Virus record (IMG/VR): IMGVR_UViG_3300013004_005122
Span: 1 to 31,656 of that record
DNA: 31,656 bases
DNA from: a virus
Lineage: Duplodnaviria > Caudoviricetes
Strand: one strand, 5' to 3'
Below are positions 27,869 to 31,656 of the stretch, piece after piece (positions within the stretch are counted from its first letter, which is position 1; the number at the start of each line of letters is the position of its first letter). The notes below the pieces were generated by a model that worked only from the letters and a program-made list of their open reading frames with translations, ran no database searches and was not told the DNA's origin. A program made the translations under genes and the position numbers.

Positions 27869-30800
27869 AATATAAATGTACCACCCTGTATGTTAGGAGT
27901 TCCTTGTAATGCGCCGGTAGTTGCATACTGTATAGAAGTACTATAAAATCCTGTTGTATTAATAACCTTACCTGGCTTGTAGAATTTACCGTCGTGAAAT
28001 GTAACTAGATCATTGTCAATACTAAAACTATAATCATAAACGTATACCATATTATTACTATCTGAGCATGTATATGTTAATTTGTATATACGGTTAAAGC
28101 TATTATATGTTACAACTGGTTTATCGATTTTAGTGATATTAACATCAAAAATATTAGATATATGGTTTCTTATGCTAAACAATTGTGTTGCGCTTCTTGT
28201 AATATCATCTAAATTAGGAAATACTTGTACTATAGTATTATCTATTATATGGTATTGATATATAGCGGGTAGTAATATACTACGACTAGTTCCTGTTAAG
28301 CTCTCAAACTCTGCTTGTAAGTTAATAGGCGAAAAAGGTGATTCTGTTGTTATCGTTTGTAAACCTGTTTCTGTCGTTAAGTAAGCGCCACCACCGTCTT
28401 CTAATTGATTAATAGTGCAAAACGTTAACGTCTTTTCTTTCTCATTAAAAAATCTATTAGAGAATTTATTAATAGTGTTAGAAGAAGAACGTGTAAAATA
28501 AGTATTTTTTGTACCGGGGGTTATAAACGTACTATCTTCATAGTTTATCTTATCAAAAACAAGATAACTATCTGTTTCGCAAATAATAGTATCATATATT
28601 ACGTCAAAATCTTTTACTTTATTGTAAATCTCATTTTTAACGCTGGCGGAATACTTGCTAAATATTGCACTAAGAGAACTTGATAGTATAGTCGATGTTG
28701 AGTAGCGCTGATTTTTAATATACAGCTTACCGTTAAGCTTTCGCTTATAATTTTGTGTATTAAATGTATTATTTCCGCTAATAGAGCTAATAATAGTCAG
28801 ACTATCAGCTGATACATCATCCTTATACGGGTAATTATAATCATAATCATAATCGTTAGTTAGTTGAGAGATATCTGTATAGTAACCACAGTCAAAATTA
28901 CTAGTAGTAATTCCTGATTGTTCACTACTTAATATATACCTCCCATCTAGTGTAAAGTTAGAATAATTTGTACCGCTAAGTATGTAACCTCTTTCTATAT
29001 ACGGTGTAAGCTGCGATATGCCTGCTTCAGCTAACTCCTGATAGTAATACTGCGATGAAGACGGGTATGCAGGTGAGATACTATCTGCTAAGATCGGGTC
29101 AGGTAAAGCGTCACTGTTAAGAAATGTAAACCCACCCGCATCTTTATACCTAAATGTAATATTTCTCTCTGGTACGATTGATTCTTGATAAGGTGTAAAA
29201 TCTCTAAAGAATAGTGTATAAGGGAAGCCTGATAAGGTAAATTGTGGTTCCGTAAATGGTAGCTTAACATTATTAACTGTAAGGGTTGATAAGCCAGATC
29301 GTATAGACCCATCAACACTACCTTCTGTAGAGTAGTTAAAATTATATCCTTCTATACTATCAAAAAAATCATAACCATCTAACGTTAAATTTAGGATAGT
29401 TAAATCACTTTCTATATTCTCAACAGATTTAAAAGTCTGTCCGAATTCATCTTTAAATAACGCGTATTCATTACCGTAAATATCATATTGAACTTTTGTT
29501 ATAAATCCTTTGTTGTAGAGATCGCTAAAATTTAAATTTAAACTTTCTTCACTCGCTGTATTTTTTTCTTGATTCTGTTGTCTTGTATAATAAGGTGTAA
29601 AGGTTTGCTCGTAATTACTAATTTTCGGATCACCGCTTGCAAACCCAGAAGAAGAATTTCTTGCATCTTTTGTATAATCATGTACAAATACCAATGGGTA
29701 ATCTATCTGTCTATTAACTGATACATTACCATATACATTTGGATCAGGAAATATATAAACTTTACCTGTTTCAAGTTTTGTTTCATCGACACTATAGGTA
29801 TAATTACTAGAATTTAACTGAAATAGCCCTATCGTATCTGGTTTAAAAAATAATCCTATATCACGTAATAACTTAACCTCATTCGATTCAATAGTAGCTG
29901 TATCTGCAGCTTGTAAGTTAGGTATATTAGATGAAGGATTCTGAGCTGTAATAAATTTACCAGACTCGTAGACATCATTAATAGTAGTTATATAGTAAAA
30001 ATCGACTCCTATATACTTACTTATTAATTCACGCTTTAAAGAATCTCTTTCATCTTGTGATATACCGCATTTATTATCTGCATTTATAAAGTTGAGTGGA
30101 TTCGTAGGGTCACATATTGGGTCTACAGATACTGCATAATTAACAGCGAGTGGTATTTCGAGTAAAAATACCTGCGATCCAAATATATCTGCAGGTAGTA
30201 CTTCTTTAAAGAATAAATTAATATCAATATCATTAATATTAGAACTATACTGTGTATCACGTACTGTAGCAGTACTTGTGTTTGTTCTAGGTAGATCAAA
30301 ATAGTTTCCGTAAACATCGACGAACTCTTCGATATCTATCTTCATCTCTGTCACGATAGATGATAGAGATAAATTTAATGATGTATACTGTGGTTGCTGC
30401 TCGGAAGAGAAAATATAGTTATATATCTTCTCAAAAATACTCCGTTCAATCGACGCTGAGCTACCTTTAATCTTATTTCTATCAACACTATATTTTGCCT
30501 CTTCTCTTTTTTCTTTGTAGAAGATAATAATTTGTCTTATTTTTTCAACATATATAGGTATAGCTATATCTAAATCAACAGGATCGTTAAAATCAAGTGT
30601 TGACATAAATTTTAACTCTTGTTGTGTAGAATATGTTAGTACCAGATTCTTAAGAAAATCTATATATAGTTCAACAAAACTAACAGCAGTATTCCCATTC
30701 TTTGTGTTGGTAATATCAGCCCATTGCTTTAAATAATACAAATAAAAGTTATTATATTCATCTGGTGAGTAATCAACATTGGTATTTTTGATAAACTCTA

Positions 30801-30900
30801 AGAAAGATAAAGGTTGAGTGTTATCTATAGTTATAGTAGCATTACTATTTGTAATGGAATTATTTAATATACTAGTACCGAACGTAATTTTATTACTCAT
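27865..30900 (-). CDS. Large hypothetical structural protein
   Basis: 1011-aa ORF in the tail/baseplate block with a late-type box. Confidence 0.65.
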   Translation of the reverse strand: MSNKITFGTSILNNSITNSNATITIDNTQPLSFLEFIKNTNVDYSPDEYNNFYLYYLKQWADITNTKNGNTAVSFVELYIDFLKNLVLTYSTQQELKFMSTLDFNDPVDLDIAIPIYVEKIRQIIIFYKEKREEAKYSVDRNKIKGSSASIERSIFEKIYNYIFSSEQQPQYTSLNLSLSSIVTEMKIDIEEFVDVYGNYFDLPRTNTSTATVRDTQYSSNINDIDINLFFKEVLPADIFGSQVFLLEIPLAVNYAVSVDPICDPTNPLNFINADNKCGISQDERDSLKRELISKYIGVDFYYITTINDVYESGKFITAQNPSSNIPNLQAADTATIESNEVKLLRDIGLFFKPDTIGLFQLNSSNYTYSVDETKLETGKVYIFPDPNVYGNVSVNRQIDYPLVFVHDYTKDARNSSSGFASGDPKISNYEQTFTPYYTRQQNQEKNTASEESLNLNFSDLYNKGFITKVQYDIYGNEYALFKDEFGQTFKSVENIESDLTILNLTLDGYDFFDSIEGYNFNYSTEGSVDGSIRSGLSTLTVNNVKLPFTEPQFTLSGFPYTLFFRDFTPYQESIVPERNITFRYKDAGGFTFLNSDALPDPILADSISPAYPSSSQYYYQELAEAGISQLTPYIERGYILSGTNYSNFTLDGRYILSSEQSGITTSNFDCGYYTDISQLTNDYDYDYNYPYKDDVSADSLTIISSISGNNTFNTQNYKRKLNGKLYIKNQRYSTSTILSSSLSAIFSKYSASVKNEIYNKVKDFDVIYDTIICETDSYLVFDKINYEDSTFITPGTKNTYFTRSSSNTINKFSNRFFNEKEKTLTFCTINQLEDGGGAYLTTETGLQTITTESPFSPINLQAEFESLTGTSRSILLPAIYQYHIIDNTIVQVFPNLDDITRSATQLFSIRNHISNIFDVNITKIDKPVVTYNSFNRIYKLTYTCSDSNNMVYVYDYSFSIDNDLVTFHDGKFYKPGKVINTTGFYSTSIQYATTGALQGTPNIQGGTFIL

Positions 30901-30907
30901 TCAATTA

Positions 30908-30915
30908 TATTTATT
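30908..30915 (-). promoter_or_regulatory. Late promoter variant AATAAATA
   Basis: 7 nt before the ATG at 30900. Confidence 0.55.
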
Positions 30916-31655
30916 TAATTAAATAGATCCAAGCCGGTATATAGTTGATTAGTTAGTATATTTGAAATAATACCATCCGGTTGCGACCATTCTGTGTAAG
31001 AACTTACAGTATTACTCAATGTGTTTGTAATATCATTATAATTTATAATATTATTCGTTATTGTTCCGTCGATTGTAGGAATATAGTTATAAAAAAGATA
31101 GTAATTACTGATATCATTATAGGTTGTACCTGCAGGTATTACCAGTCCCCATCCCCATGTATTGTTATATGTATTAAGAGCGTAGTTATGACCAGTTAAA
31201 CTAATATTAGACGCACATAACGGTAAGTAAGTATTTAAATATGTAAACTTACCGCTATATTTTTCAAAAGCTAATAAATCCTCCCCAGCTGTTACAGTAT
31301 AATTAACAGAAACCTCTTCGCCTATATTCTTACCGTATATTTCTCTACCCTGGTAACCAAACGTTCTAAAGTCTTTGTTAAAGGTATTTGCTGAACCCTG
31401 CAATCTCTTAAAATTTATTGATAAAAGATCAACTAATCTACCTATTTCAGAAGGAAATAAGTAGTTAGTATTACTAAATTGAATACTATCATCACCTGTT
31501 TGTTTAATTAGCGATACTAGACTTTGTATTCCAGCATAGTCTAATGTTGAGTTATTACTAACAAAGTTTTGTATTTTTTCGTATGTTCGTTTACCAAGTG
31601 ATTCACCTATATTAGAAGATATATTACCAACAATACTACCTAGAAAATCATCAAA
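30915..31655 (-). CDS. C-terminal part of a structural (baseplate-like) protein, partial at window edge
   Basis: The frame of the 30915..31403 ORF stays open to the window end: FDDFLGSIVG...LGKRTYEKIQNFVSN...FPSEIGRLVDLLSI. Confidence 0.7.
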   Translation of the reverse strand, partial: FDDFLGSIVGNISSNIGESLGKRTYEKIQNFVSNNSTLDYAGIQSLVSLIKQTGDDSIQFSNTNYLFPSEIGRLVDLLSINFKRLQGSANTFNKDFRTFGYQGREIYGKNIGEEVSVNYTVTAGEDLLAFEKYSGKFTYLNTYLPLCASNISLTGHNYALNTYNNTWGWGLVIPAGTTYNDISNYYLFYNYIPTIDGTITNNIINYNDITNTLSNTVSSYTEWSQPDGIISNILTNQLYTGLDLFN

Positions 31656-31656
31656 C

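Noticed and set aside
453-31199. Short nested or antisense ORFs (e.g. 453-638, 6980-7240, 7468-7959, 8920-9213, 10100-10459, 13664-13864, 17141-17494, 19626-19880)
   Set aside because: They lie within better-supported genes and show no motifs or expression signals.
1-31656. Genome-wide stop-codon reassignment
   Set aside because: TAA, TGA and TAG all end recognisable full-length genes (SSB, helicase, primase), and coding density is high under the standard code.

Overview
This is an AT-rich fragment of a large T4-like (myovirus-type) phage genome. The left arm (1-13187, mostly + strand) is a replication and DNA-metabolism block: the end of a UvsX/RecA-like gene, a free-standing GIY-YIG endonuclease, a QueC / HhH / class II glutamine amidotransferase / glycosyltransferase cluster, then gp41-like helicase, gp59-like candidate, gp32 SSB, gp45-like clamp, RNase H and gp61-like primase. 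A few late-promoter genes are interspersed. The right arm (13325-31656, - strand) holds tail, baseplate and fibre genes, including an L-lectin protein and a fibre with a ~460-residue Pro/Thr stalk. Four signals stand out. (1) The stalk gene's TAA sits exactly between two perfect 24-bp direct repeats, with an in-frame, GC-rich spare tip domain behind it, suggesting a repeat-mediated tip switch. (2) The QueC lacks its Zn cysteines and is clustered with a stand-alone amidotransferase and a glycosyltransferase, a possible new base-modification pathway. (3) That amidotransferase appears to start at ATT behind an in-frame 6-codon mini-ORF. (4) Ten T4-type TAAATA late boxes lie only 5-7 nt before start codons, implying leaderless mRNAs. 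All protein calls come from motifs recognised by eye, not from database searches.
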